DNA of 64,000 bases, from IMG/VR virus record IMGVR_UViG_3300019764_000005, positions 8,155 through 72,154 of that record, one strand, 5' to 3'. Below the pieces are notes generated by a model. It searched no databases and had not been told where the DNA came from. It was given only the letters and a program-made list of their open reading frames with translations. This stretch comes from a virus. The translations under genes and the position numbers were made by a program. Of this stretch, positions 48,211 to 58,261 are shown one piece after another (within the stretch, counting starts at the first letter, position 1; each line of letters opens with the position of its first letter).

Positions 48211-49329
48211 ATGGAAAACAAATTAGAAGTATTCAGAAAATTATCTCAGATAGATGTAAGTGGATTCACTAAAGAGAAGAGTGGACTAACTTATTTATCA
48301 TGGGCACATGCTTGGAGGGAAGCGTGCATTCTTTACGGTGTGGATTATACTATCTGGAAAGACGAAATGCACAGACCTTATGTGTTCGATCCAAATCTTG
48401 GGTATATGGTTTTCACTACTGTTACAATCGAATGTGACACTAAAGAAATGTGGCTGTTCGTTATGGATGGTGCAAATAAGGCTATGAAGAATGAGCCTTA
48501 CACATACAAGGTAACTGATTGGGCTGCCACCAACAAGAAAAGGGATGAAGCCAAAAGAGGAGGCATGTCAGATCGCGAAGCTAAAAGCATAACTATTTTC
48601 AAAGACAAGACTTGCGAAGCTGCTTCAATGTTCGATATTAATACCACTATCATGCGTTGCCTGGTAAAAAACTTAGCAATGTTTGGTTTGGGAATAAACA
48701 TATATGCTGGTGAAGATCTTCCAAGGGAAATTCTTCCTTCAGAAGAAGAGGCTGTAGAGGAGGTTAAGGAGTGTAAAACTAAAGAAGAGGTTAATGCTAC
48801 TTGGGGTAAGTATCCAAAATATCAGTCACAAGGTTCTGCTTTTTATATTGCTATTGCTTCAAAAAATAAAGAGCTTGCTGAGCCTAAGGCAGCTCCGGCA
48901 AAGGAGAAGGTTACTGAGGAAAAGCCTGTTAAGAAATCCACTGAGGTTGAGCCAGAAACTAAACCTGAACCCATTAAGCCTAAGACTGAAACCGAAAAGC
49001 CTAATGCTAAGGTGGAAAAACCAGCAGTCAAGGTCACTAAAGCTAAAGCTGAAGAGACAAAGGTTGATAAGAAGCCTGAAAAGAATATCTCATCCAACAC
49101 GGAAACTACACCTGAAACTAAGCCGTCGCCAGTTGATGACACAAAAACTAAGACAGCGACGGACCTCAAGGCTGCTGCAGGGTTAATCAGTCAAGCCTTA
49201 CTAGAAATAAGGGATTGTACTACTCTTAAAGCTCTCACGTCTATTTGGAACAAATATAAGCAGTTTAGAGAAATTGCTCAATTTAAAAATGCTGTTGCTA
49301 ATAAGACCAAGGACCTTAAGAAGAAGTAG
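48211..49329 (+). CDS. Sak3/DUF1071 single-strand annealing protein with a long P/K/E-rich linker
   Basis: LTYLSWAHAW, MWLFVMD..NKAM, DINTTIMRCLVKNLAMFGLGINIYAGEDLP. Confidence 0.85.
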   Translation: MENKLEVFRKLSQIDVSGFTKEKSGLTYLSWAHAWREACILYGVDYTIWKDEMHRPYVFDPNLGYMVFTTVTIECDTKEMWLFVMDGANKAMKNEPYTYKVTDWAATNKKRDEAKRGGMSDREAKSITIFKDKTCEAASMFDINTTIMRCLVKNLAMFGLGINIYAGEDLPREILPSEEEAVEEVKECKTKEEVNATWGKYPKYQSQGSAFYIAIASKNKELAEPKAAPAKEKVTEEKPVKKSTEVEPETKPEPIKPKTETEKPNAKVEKPAVKVTKAKAEETKVDKKPEKNISSNTETTPETKPSPVDDTKTKTATDLKAAAGLISQALLEIRDCTTLKALTSIWNKYKQFREIAQFKNAVANKTKDLKKK

Positions 49330-49336
49330 GATTTAC

Positions 49337-49366
49337 GGAGTCCTGTAATGGGGCTCCATTTTTTTT
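49337..49366 (+). terminator. Intrinsic terminator
   Basis: GGAGTCC-loop-GGGCTCC followed by a T run. Confidence 0.7.
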
Positions 49367-49385
49367 CACTTAAAATATCACTGCT

Positions 49386-49583
49386 ATGAAAAATGGAAAT
49401 TTATTAACTCGGTTTTTAACCAGAGATACAAAATCTAGCATTAGTGATGAAGATAAACTATTTGTAGCATCATGTTTCGCTATGCAAGGGATGTTGCAGA
49501 GTTGTTACGATAGAGGGGTTAGTCCTAAAAGAACAGCTCAAGACTCAGTGATATGTGCTAAAGAACTATTGAAATTAATTTAA
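49386..49583 (+). CDS. Hypothetical protein
   Basis: A..AMQGML...A..LL small phage-protein pattern. Confidence 0.55.
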   Translation: MKNGNLLTRFLTRDTKSSISDEDKLFVASCFAMQGMLQSCYDRGVSPKRTAQDSVICAKELLKLI

Positions 49584-49591
49584 TTGGAAAC

Positions 49592-49613
49592 GCTCTTTAT
49601 AAAAGAGCACAAA
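49592..49613 (+). repeat. GCTCTTT-N3-AAAGAGC hairpin, copy 5
   Basis: GCTCTTTATAAAAGAGCACAAA. Confidence 0.8.
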
Positions 49614-49622
49614 TAAAACAAT

Positions 49623-50114
49623 ATGGATAAGATAAATATTAGCGAAGAAATGAAAGTGCATGAAGAATGGTTTAAAGAAGCGAACATTCAAACACTTGAA
49701 ACATTGCCTGATTTCATGAAAAAACTAACTACAGCATATAGCCACGACTATGGGACTATTTGTCACGCTGTTAGTGCGGCTGCGCTCGGTGCGGCATATG
49801 CTATCAATAATAGTGATTGTGGTGGGATTACTGGATTTCAAGCAAGTGCCGTCATGTGGAGTTTTGTTCGACAATGGAATCACAGCAACAATAAACTTGG
49901 ATTAAAATTAGTGGATTACGACAACTTGCTTTATCCACAATATGAAGATAGGTTTAAAAATAAGATTAGTACTGAACATTGGGAACGCGTTCAAGAGCAT
50001 GCTAAACTTAGATTAAAGGAAAATGATGGTACGGCACACCCCAATGTTATTGCTCATTGGCAAGGAATGGCTGATGGAAATTTACCATTTGATTTCGTGA
50101 TAGGAGATGACTAA
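49623..50114 (+). CDS. Hypothetical phage protein
   Basis: 163-aa ORF, last gene of the rightward arm. Confidence 0.65.
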   Translation: MDKINISEEMKVHEEWFKEANIQTLETLPDFMKKLTTAYSHDYGTICHAVSAAALGAAYAINNSDCGGITGFQASAVMWSFVRQWNHSNNKLGLKLVDYDNLLYPQYEDRFKNKISTEHWERVQEHAKLRLKENDGTAHPNVIAHWQGMADGNLPFDFVIGDD

Positions 50115-50122
50115 TTTATTTT

Positions 50123-50154
50123 AAAAGAGGGAAGCTTAAACGCCTCCCTCTTTT
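50123..50154. terminator. Bidirectional terminator; exact inverted copy of 29094-29125
   Basis: AAAAGAGGGAAGCTTAAACGCCTCCCTCTTTT between convergent arms. Confidence 0.75.
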
Positions 50155-50157
50155 TTT

Positions 50158-53100
50158 TTATATTCCAGATTTTAATCCTCGATGTTTCTTTTTCTCCTTC
50201 TCTCTCACCTTCCTAGTTTTACCTGTAATTCCATATTCCGAATATCCAAGTGTCTTAAGGAAATCATCCAAGTCTCCCGTCTCTATAAGTTCGGTAGCTC
50301 CTTCCACAGTGTTCTCTATGTTTTTTAATGGCATTCTAAATAATGATCCAAGGAAATACATGAGCTCTACATACTCATCCATATGGTCCTTCTCTTTAAA
50401 GAATCCCTTTATGGCTCTCTCCACCTGGTCATACACTCCAACTCCTAAGCTAAGTCCAAATGTTTTGCCCTGGACTTGATCCGCAATGAAATTTATCACA
50501 TCTCCAACAACGAACAATGCATTAAGATTTCCCATTATTGCAGCTCTTCCGAGATCACTCCATGCATCTTCATCATCTCCGCGTATAAATGCTGTTACCC
50601 CGGATGCAACAAGCTGATAAGCCATATTAACAACTGAATGATACATGATTAATCTCTTGATATCTTTCTTGTTCGGTTTCTTACCTGCCTTTATCGACCT
50701 TGAAATCGAATTGACTGATTGAATGGTTTGATTAAGGAATAAAATATTAGAAGATTTAAATGTGGTCACAAGTCTATTACCAAAACTAGCATTCAATTGT
50801 GCCTGAGATAAATGAACTGCAGATCTTGTTTGTTGACTTTCCTCGTAAATATCGAATTCCTCAGAAGCCTTTTTAATCGCATCTGCTTCGCTCATTCCCT
50901 CATTCATGTACTTTGCCTTAGCTTGCATGTAGATCGGGGCATATCCGTACATTATAGCCCCTACGTCACCTGCTAAAGTTGGTGCCATAACAAACCTTTG
51001 CACTCTTTCGTAGAATCCCCTCTGTATTCCTAACTTGGCAGCTCTTTTCGATTCTCTTTTGATAAAGTCAGGATCCAAATTACTTCCCTTGTCTACTCTG
51101 GCTCGTATCTTTGGGTTATTCAAAAGGATTTCAGCAAACACTCTACCAGCTTTCATTGGGTTGGTAGCCAATGATGCGACATCCTTCGCCCACATCACAC
51201 TATTATATCCTGGGAATTTAGATGCGTTTGCATTTTGGTACTCAACTGCTCCAGTAACAATTGATGTTAACTGAACCGGAAGTTGTTTAATCTTGGCGCC
51301 CAATACTCCAATACCATATGCTGAAACTATTGTAGAGCCCACACCGTATTCAGCTTTAAATATATCTTTGTTTATAGAATGTCTCAGTAATTTAGATACA
51401 AGATCAAATCCTTTTTTGCCAAGCTTCTGATTTGCTCTGGTCTTAAACTTATCTGAACTTAAAATAGCACTTGTGCTTTTAGCAACATCTGCCCAAGCCA
51501 TAAAATGCTCCATCTCGGTGATGTGATTACTTATAAGACCAACAAATGACACATCCTTGCCATCTACTGCAGATTTAGTCATCAATTTCCTATCAGTAGA
51601 TGTTCTTTCCTTCAGGGCTGAAGCCATGGTGGATGATAATTTAGTAAATGGATCACTATCAGTACTTATATCAACAGTCCCAGATTTAGCGCGAACTACA
51701 GGATGGTAATCCTGTCTTCCTGAGAAATCAATTCTGAATATCCTGCGGTAGACGTCATTTACCCTATCAGCATACTCAGTACTCAACCAATTCCCAACCT
51801 CATCAACAAATTGAACAAGGTCTGATCCAATTTGATCCTTCATGTTCTCAATCTCCGTAGCAGAAATGCCATTTTTTTCACTCAACTCTCTGGCTAATTC
51901 AGGCGTTCTACTCCAAGCATAAATACTCATAGCCTCACCCTTAGTAACCACATCCACACCTTCCACTCCGTCTTTCTCAGTTCTTATCTCAATAAATTCT
52001 GACATTCTTTTATCGAGGTTTGCAAATTCTTTATCGCTTTTTAACCCAAGTGTCTTCTCAGCTATATCTTTAACTTTCTTGTGCGATTCAGCAATACCTT
52101 TAATCTCACTACTCTCAGCTTTTACAATAGGATCGTAAATCTTTTTAATTACCGTACCTTTACCAACTTCAACCGCCTCAGTGCTCATTAATTCAAGCAT
52201 TGTTTTTACGTGATTTGTTGGGCGTGTAATAAAGTTAAATAAATCGGATGGGGATTCCTTAATCCTTTCCCAGACATTCTGAAGAAGAGTTTTATTTTCC
52301 TTATCCCTCCTATTTTCTGTCTTTTCATCTTTGGGCTCAATAGAGCTTTCAATATCATGGACAAGATCGCGCAATCGATTCGATTCTTTTGCTATTTCTG
52401 ACTTAAGATTCTCTCTACCCGCCTTGTCAATGTCTTTTAATCTGGACGAAAATTCATCTACAGTATCAATGTCTAAAGCATTGAAATTCCTAAAGTCCTC
52501 AATAGCCTGCAGTTCTGCATTGTATTTATTAGCGGTATGCTCTGGACCATTAACAAGCTTATCAAGTGCTTCCTGATATGCGTCATCCATGGCTTTATTA
52601 ACTCTTTCGTTCTCCAATTGAGATTGAGCTGCATTCCTCTCATCCACTTTATCTTTCAGTTTTTTGCCGGTTAAACCTTCAGTAGAATATTTTTTAGACA
52701 GTTCACTCTTAACTTGCTTCGATATATCTTTGATAGATTTTATAACACCGCTTGCTTTCTGAAAATATGGAATGGTAAACACATCGCCTCCTCTGGCTTT
52801 CACCTTCCCGGAAATCTGAGTAGTCCTTGTCTTCCCGACAAATTTAGCGATATCTTTTTTCTTTCTCTTTACGGAACGCTCCTGAACATTAGCAACCACA
52901 CTGTCAACTTTATCAATCTGCTTTGCTAATTGTTGAAACGAAACTGCACTTTTAACCCCAGACAATAATCTGTTAAGATCTGATTTACCGATATCCTTCC
53001 CTTCTGCTGCGTACAGAGAAGTCTTAATATAATCAAGAAGTGAGGATTGTGATTTCCCTATGTCGGTTTTAGCTTCCTTGACTCCCTCTTTGGCTGCTCT

Positions 53101-55458
53101 AGCTTCAAGACGAATCTGATCCTTAAGAGCTGAATATTCGTTAACTGTAACCTTCTTTGTTCTTTTCGGACTAACAAATTTGTCAATTTCAGTTTGAACT
53201 TTACTTTTCACTCTTTTTTCAGGAATGGGAATAAATCGCTCGGTTATTTCATTAAAGTATTTTTCCTTTGCTAATTTCTTCTGGTCTTCCGGTAGAGCTT
53301 CATACCATTCACTGCGCTCTATAGCTTTAAATGATTCGGTAGCTGCATCAGCATCCGTTAGATTTTCCTGAGCCGCAGTAAATGATTTATTTGCCTTAGA
53401 TAAAGTTTCCGCAGGGATAACTACACCTTCCACCTCTGGTTCGATTACTTCTTTCGTTGGCTCTTTGGCTTCCAGCCCGTCTTCCTTAACGTCCCGTATA
53501 CCAGCTTCCCGCACCTCTTCTTCGACTGGTTTTTCTTTTGACACTGCCTCTTCAACTTCTTCTCTAACTTCTTTGGCATCTTCTTTCGGTTTTACTTGTT
53601 TCTCTGGCTCAACTACTTCTTCCGGCTCCAGAATCTCATTAATATCCTTCTGTAGTTTATTCTTATTGTCAATCAAAGCTGTCTTGGTTCCTTCGTCGAT
53701 AAATGGATCCTTAAGCACTTCATCTATCTTGTTAATTTCGTCAGTTTTATCAAGCACTGTCTGCCTGTTCTCAATAGACATGTCATCGATTGTTTTTTTA
53801 GCTTTAGACATTATCTGATTATTCTCCTCAATAAGAGAACTCTTTGCTTTATCAATAACAGTTTTTTGGCTTTCAGAAATAGTTGGATCATTAGCCGATT
53901 TGGTTAAAGACTGAATTTTTAGCGTATTATTCTTGACTACATCTTGTTCTGAAGGAGGAGTGAATTTATTCAATGCTTTACCCATTAAATAAGACCCCAT
54001 CACTGTTTGTCCAGAAATAAATACACCGGTAATTATAGCATCGGCTAATCCGTCAGTTAACTTTACATCTTTTTCAAGCATGTATTTATCGATACTATTC
54101 TGAAGAACCTGGGTAGCACCTTCACCACTACCTTCATAAGTAAAACCTTTTACGAGCGTCTTGGCTAATTCCTTACTGGCTTGTTTAGATGCTTCCTTGC
54201 CTCCAGACTTCATAATTCCTTTAAGAAGATTACCAGATTGCTTAAGCATTCCACCAAGTAAAATATCTCCAACAACTTCAGCACCGCCATAAGCCCATGA
54301 AGAAGCTTGTATTTCTGCCTCAGTATAATCTGCTACACCTTCTTTGATTTCTTTTCTAAGCTCAAGCTCCTTGGTACCCGCAACCCCAATAGATGATGCT
54401 GTAATTCCAGAATAAGGGTTAATGGCAATTGCCGCCATAGTAGGTGCTGTATTAGCAAAAGCATACGATAACTGCTTACCTGCATCAATCACATTACCCG
54501 ATTTAATATTATCCCATATTCCTTGATCGAAAGATTCAAGTTCTGCTTGTATAGAATCTGCCTTGTCTTTAATCTCAAAAGCCTTACTTTCAAACTCATC
54601 AGCCACAGCCTTATTCTCCTCTGGCGTCCTATTTCGTAATTCACCAGTGTCTTCATCTCTTATTTGAGGAAATACCATTGCTCCACCTGGCGCTCTAAAT
54701 GGTGCATGTGCGAAAGCTTTAGATTTCTCTACAACGCCAGCCACGGTATTTAATGCACCAGCTTTAACATTACCCCATAAACTTGACAAAAAACCTTTTT
54801 CTTCAACTTTAGGTGTTTCACTCAAATCCATCTCCGGTAAATCAGTTTTTAATTGCATTGATTCAGGTAATTCCAATTCAGGTAAATCTGATTCGAGCTG
54901 TTTAGTTTTTTTCAGAACCAACATAGCGTCGCTTTTACTTATACCCTCTTCATCCGGATCTTTACCAGTGGCTTCCATATAATCCGATTTCCATCTCGTC
55001 GGATGCGTTTTTGATTTCAGTTCTCTACCTCCGATACCTATACTTCCCCAATGCGGAATCTTATCGCCTTTAATTTTCTCTGGCTTAATACCAGCTTTCC
55101 ATGCACCTCTGTAATCATATTCGGCATCTTCTATACTTGGATCTTCTCCAAACTCTTCAATGAAAGCATTTTTCCATTCGATTACAGAAGGATCGTTTTT
55201 TATAAAATCCTGAAACTTTCTTTCTTCTTCACCACTTAACTTTGTCAATTCTAAATCATGGGTCGTGAGCCCCATGTCAGATTTGAACTGATCAAGTGGC
55301 ACATTAAACCCTTCCCATTTTTCAGTTAAACTTGAATGAAGTTTATTGATATTCTCCTCATTCTGCATGTCAGATTTGAACTGGTCTATAGGAACGTTAA
55401 AACCCTCCCATTTTTCGGAAAGGTTCTTATGTAGTTTAGATAAATTATCCTGAGGCAT
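50158..55458 (-). CDS. Large internal (ejected) virion protein candidate
   Basis: 1766 aa, helical and K/E-rich, N-terminal tandem repeat EKWEGFNVP.DQFKSDM; last gene of the podoviral tail/core operon. Confidence 0.6.
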   Translation of the reverse strand: MPQDNLSKLHKNLSEKWEGFNVPIDQFKSDMQNEENINKLHSSLTEKWEGFNVPLDQFKSDMGLTTHDLELTKLSGEEERKFQDFIKNDPSVIEWKNAFIEEFGEDPSIEDAEYDYRGAWKAGIKPEKIKGDKIPHWGSIGIGGRELKSKTHPTRWKSDYMEATGKDPDEEGISKSDAMLVLKKTKQLESDLPELELPESMQLKTDLPEMDLSETPKVEEKGFLSSLWGNVKAGALNTVAGVVEKSKAFAHAPFRAPGGAMVFPQIRDEDTGELRNRTPEENKAVADEFESKAFEIKDKADSIQAELESFDQGIWDNIKSGNVIDAGKQLSYAFANTAPTMAAIAINPYSGITASSIGVAGTKELELRKEIKEGVADYTEAEIQASSWAYGGAEVVGDILLGGMLKQSGNLLKGIMKSGGKEASKQASKELAKTLVKGFTYEGSGEGATQVLQNSIDKYMLEKDVKLTDGLADAIITGVFISGQTVMGSYLMGKALNKFTPPSEQDVVKNNTLKIQSLTKSANDPTISESQKTVIDKAKSSLIEENNQIMSKAKKTIDDMSIENRQTVLDKTDEINKIDEVLKDPFIDEGTKTALIDNKNKLQKDINEILEPEEVVEPEKQVKPKEDAKEVREEVEEAVSKEKPVEEEVREAGIRDVKEDGLEAKEPTKEVIEPEVEGVVIPAETLSKANKSFTAAQENLTDADAATESFKAIERSEWYEALPEDQKKLAKEKYFNEITERFIPIPEKRVKSKVQTEIDKFVSPKRTKKVTVNEYSALKDQIRLEARAAKEGVKEAKTDIGKSQSSLLDYIKTSLYAAEGKDIGKSDLNRLLSGVKSAVSFQQLAKQIDKVDSVVANVQERSVKRKKKDIAKFVGKTRTTQISGKVKARGGDVFTIPYFQKASGVIKSIKDISKQVKSELSKKYSTEGLTGKKLKDKVDERNAAQSQLENERVNKAMDDAYQEALDKLVNGPEHTANKYNAELQAIEDFRNFNALDIDTVDEFSSRLKDIDKAGRENLKSEIAKESNRLRDLVHDIESSIEPKDEKTENRRDKENKTLLQNVWERIKESPSDLFNFITRPTNHVKTMLELMSTEAVEVGKGTVIKKIYDPIVKAESSEIKGIAESHKKVKDIAEKTLGLKSDKEFANLDKRMSEFIEIRTEKDGVEGVDVVTKGEAMSIYAWSRTPELARELSEKNGISATEIENMKDQIGSDLVQFVDEVGNWLSTEYADRVNDVYRRIFRIDFSGRQDYHPVVRAKSGTVDISTDSDPFTKLSSTMASALKERTSTDRKLMTKSAVDGKDVSFVGLISNHITEMEHFMAWADVAKSTSAILSSDKFKTRANQKLGKKGFDLVSKLLRHSINKDIFKAEYGVGSTIVSAYGIGVLGAKIKQLPVQLTSIVTGAVEYQNANASKFPGYNSVMWAKDVASLATNPMKAGRVFAEILLNNPKIRARVDKGSNLDPDFIKRESKRAAKLGIQRGFYERVQRFVMAPTLAGDVGAIMYGYAPIYMQAKAKYMNEGMSEADAIKKASEEFDIYEESQQTRSAVHLSQAQLNASFGNRLVTTFKSSNILFLNQTIQSVNSISRSIKAGKKPNKKDIKRLIMYHSVVNMAYQLVASGVTAFIRGDDEDAWSDLGRAAIMGNLNALFVVGDVINFIADQVQGKTFGLSLGVGVYDQVERAIKGFFKEKDHMDEYVELMYFLGSLFRMPLKNIENTVEGATELIETGDLDDFLKTLGYSEYGITGKTRKVREKEKKKHRGLKSGI

Positions 55459-55468
55459 ATCTTATATT

Positions 55469-57196
55469 TTAGTAGGCTCCACCGGTACCCGTTGGTTTTT
55501 CAATTTCTTTTTTAGCTGGCTCTTCCTTTTCTTTTTTATCAGAAAGCCTATCCATCATCTTCACAATCTCTTTCTTAAATGACTTATCGGTGTATCCAGT
55601 GGCTCTATCCACTTCTTTACCATCTTTATCTCTCACTATCATCTTATGAGTTGAAAAAATATTTCCAATTGACTCATCTACCACATACCCCTCTCCTTTT
55701 ATAGCTTGAACTGCCGGGAATGCAGCATTTAAAATATCTTTTTCATTGTCAGCCTTATCTAATTGAGTTTTCGATAGTTCAAACGACCCCTCTTTAGTTC
55801 TGGCAAACATACTTCCTTCTTTTGGTGAAAGATCCATCTGCAACACCTTTTCTCTTACTTCATTTACGTTGGCATCCAACACACCAGTGTCCTTAGATAT
55901 TCCTCCATGAACCATATTTATAATCTTACTGGCTTCGGCAGGATTACTTATGTCGTATGATATGCTTTCTGACTCACCCTTAGTATTGGCAATATCCACA
56001 GTGACCGTATTCCCATCTCTGGACACTTTTTTAAGCATAGGACTCTGAATAGTAGCATTAGGATCCTTCCATGGAGTATTTGCTACAACATTACCAACAG
56101 CTTCGTTATCGCCCCTTAAAACTGCTGCTACGGCATCTGAAGCAACCTGAATGTCTGCTTCTTTTTTTCGAGATCTCAATAATGGGTTCGCCTTCAACAT
56201 TTCTGTTGATTCTCGCCTCATCCTAGCCCATGCTGATTTTACAGCCCTTTCTCTAACTTCTTTCTCGGTACTTCCAATAGCTACCTCTTTCTTCATGAAG
56301 TTATTGATGTACTCTCCATTAGCATCTTTCCCGAGATATCTTTCGTCAAACTGAGCTCTTAATCTTTTCTTTGTAGTTTTCTCATTTGTGCCACGGCTTG
56401 TCTCTATGAGCCCGTTATATGGGTCTGCTTCTTGTAAGATATCCGCCAACTGACCTTTGCCAAATTCCTGCGTAAATTCTTTATTTGAATCTACAAAAGG
56501 AACTCTACCTGCAGATACTCTAGCTGTAATATCTTCTAAATTTCCTTTAGTTAATACATTACCGTCTGTATCATAATACGTAACATCCATGTTACCACTA
56601 CCAACATCCTCTATGGTCATATAGTCTCCCCAGCCAAGGCTATTCTCACTCAGCTCAACACCACCCTTACTCACACCACTCTGTATAGCTTTGGTTAGAT
56701 TAACTGTCCAATCTGCCGACAAAACCGGATCATAGATTGTCCCCATCCCCGCAGCCGTCTCCGTCATTAATGTATTGAGAGATGTAGTCATTTTATTCCA
56801 TTGAACACCCCTACCATTCATGGCTCTTATTTCAGTAGATATTTCAGATCTCCTGTCAATATCTGCCGTTGGAAATTCTTTCATCAATGACGCATACTTC
56901 TTTTTTTGCTGACCCATGAATATGGCAGTAACATCCTTGGCACCAACAAGAGGATTTAACGTTAAGGCATCCTTGGATAGCTTATTAAGCTCTTCCATAT
57001 CCTTAAATGTCTTTTCATATTTCTTCTGATTTAGCGCATCCTGTTTCGCCTTCCTCGATAAATCAAGCGCCTTCTCTTTTCTTTGAGCAGTCCTTTGACC
57101 TATGAATCGATCAACTATATCCTCTGACACAGCTCCGAAATCAACTCCACTTGGTCTTACACCTTTATATGCACCTTTGGTTCCTTTGTCTGCCAT
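55469..57196 (-). CDS. Internal virion protein candidate
   Basis: 575 aa; synteny with podoviral core proteins. Confidence 0.55.
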   Translation of the reverse strand: MADKGTKGAYKGVRPSGVDFGAVSEDIVDRFIGQRTAQRKEKALDLSRKAKQDALNQKKYEKTFKDMEELNKLSKDALTLNPLVGAKDVTAIFMGQQKKKYASLMKEFPTADIDRRSEISTEIRAMNGRGVQWNKMTTSLNTLMTETAAGMGTIYDPVLSADWTVNLTKAIQSGVSKGGVELSENSLGWGDYMTIEDVGSGNMDVTYYDTDGNVLTKGNLEDITARVSAGRVPFVDSNKEFTQEFGKGQLADILQEADPYNGLIETSRGTNEKTTKKRLRAQFDERYLGKDANGEYINNFMKKEVAIGSTEKEVRERAVKSAWARMRRESTEMLKANPLLRSRKKEADIQVASDAVAAVLRGDNEAVGNVVANTPWKDPNATIQSPMLKKVSRDGNTVTVDIANTKGESESISYDISNPAEASKIINMVHGGISKDTGVLDANVNEVREKVLQMDLSPKEGSMFARTKEGSFELSKTQLDKADNEKDILNAAFPAVQAIKGEGYVVDESIGNIFSTHKMIVRDKDGKEVDRATGYTDKSFKKEIVKMMDRLSDKKEKEEPAKKEIEKPTGTGGAY

Positions 57197-57201
57197 TTTA
57201 T

Positions 57202-57846
57202 TTAGAGTTGAGTTTTATTATAATCAGCTAGGTTTCCTACATCTAAATCTTTGTATTGCTCTTCAAAAGTTGGCTTAGTTACATCTGGCATAACTGGAAT
57301 TTCAGTCTGGGGAGCATCAGGTTTAGCCACTTCTCCGACAAGTTGACCTGCAGCACCTATACTTCTTGCTAAGGTTTGTCCAAACTGAGCCTGTCCTTGT
57401 CTTCCAGCTTCATACAATGCACCATATCCAGCAAGATCTTCTTCTTCTCTTCTGGCTGTCTCACCTTGAATTCTTTTTTCGTCTTCGGCAATTAATCTCT
57501 GTATATTGAATTTAGATTTCTCAAAGTCTGCACCAATCTGAGCCAAAGCCTGATCGGAAAAATCTTGCACTTGTGGCAATCCACCCACAAGACCTCTTGC
57601 TCCTGCACGAGACAAAGCTTCGACTGAAGATGCAGCAGTCTCACGAACTTCCTCTCTTCTTAATCGAGCTTCTTCAACAGGTAGTGTTAGTCCAGCATAA
57701 ACATTCTTAAACTCCTCTCTCTGATATCCCTCAATAGCTGCCTGAGCTCGTTCAGCTTGCTTTTTGTCCTGTACAGCTTTATTGACGCCAAACCCAACGC
57801 TTGTTGCCAAAGCTGCCCCTGCTATTATTGTAGTCGCTGCTGCCAT
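57202..57846 (-). CDS. Internal virion/ejection protein candidate
   Basis: A/G-rich hydrophobic N-terminus and A/Q-rich helices. Confidence 0.6.
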   Translation of the reverse strand: MAAATTIIAGAALATSVGFGVNKAVQDKKQAERAQAAIEGYQREEFKNVYAGLTLPVEEARLRREEVRETAASSVEALSRAGARGLVGGLPQVQDFSDQALAQIGADFEKSKFNIQRLIAEDEKRIQGETARREEEDLAGYGALYEAGRQGQAQFGQTLARSIGAAGQLVGEVAKPDAPQTEIPVMPDVTKPTFEEQYKDLDVGNLADYNKTQL

Positions 57847-57847
57847 T

Positions 57848-58261
57848 TTATATCTTTTTAACTAATTGATAATTACCAATATCTCCTATTTCAAAACCTT
57901 CTTTAACTAGCGAGTTTTTAAAAGAATCAAGAACGGTGGATGTAAACAGACACTTCACTCCGTTATCTTTAGCCAAGACAGACAGGGCTCTCACTAAGAC
58001 ACCCAATGCTCCCTTTTTAAGACTTACAGTTTTTCTATCTGGATTAGATACTACATATTCAATCCATCCCCATGCAGATCCAGTGTAGTAAATAAATCCA
58101 GCATATAAGTCTACACCATCCTTAGATACCATGACTCCGGTCCGTGGCAAAAAATCAATGCCTGGTGGAGGAAAATTATTCCCTCCCCACCATCCTATAA
58201 GTGTATTATAGTAGTCGTCGTTAGTTAATAATCTGAATTTAAAATCATTGCTTGCTTTCAT
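57848..58261 (-). CDS. GNAT-fold protein between tail and core genes
   Basis: WW....P...LP..G, WIEYVVSNP, GF motif; position typical of podoviral acetyltransferase-like assembly genes. Confidence 0.55.
   Translation of the reverse strand: MKASNDFKFRLLTNDDYYNTLIGWWGGNNFPPPGIDFLPRTGVMVSKDGVDLYAGFIYYTGSAWGWIEYVVSNPDRKTVSLKKGALGVLVRALSVLAKDNGVKCLFTSTVLDSFKNSLVKEGFEIGDIGNYQLVKKI

Noticed and set aside
35267-49613. Repeated palindromes as a CRISPR array
   Set aside because: Copies are kilobases apart with no regular spacers, and there is no cas operon.
50158-55458. Virion RNA polymerase
   Set aside because: No DxDxD/DFDID-type catalytic motif was recognised, so it is left as an internal protein.
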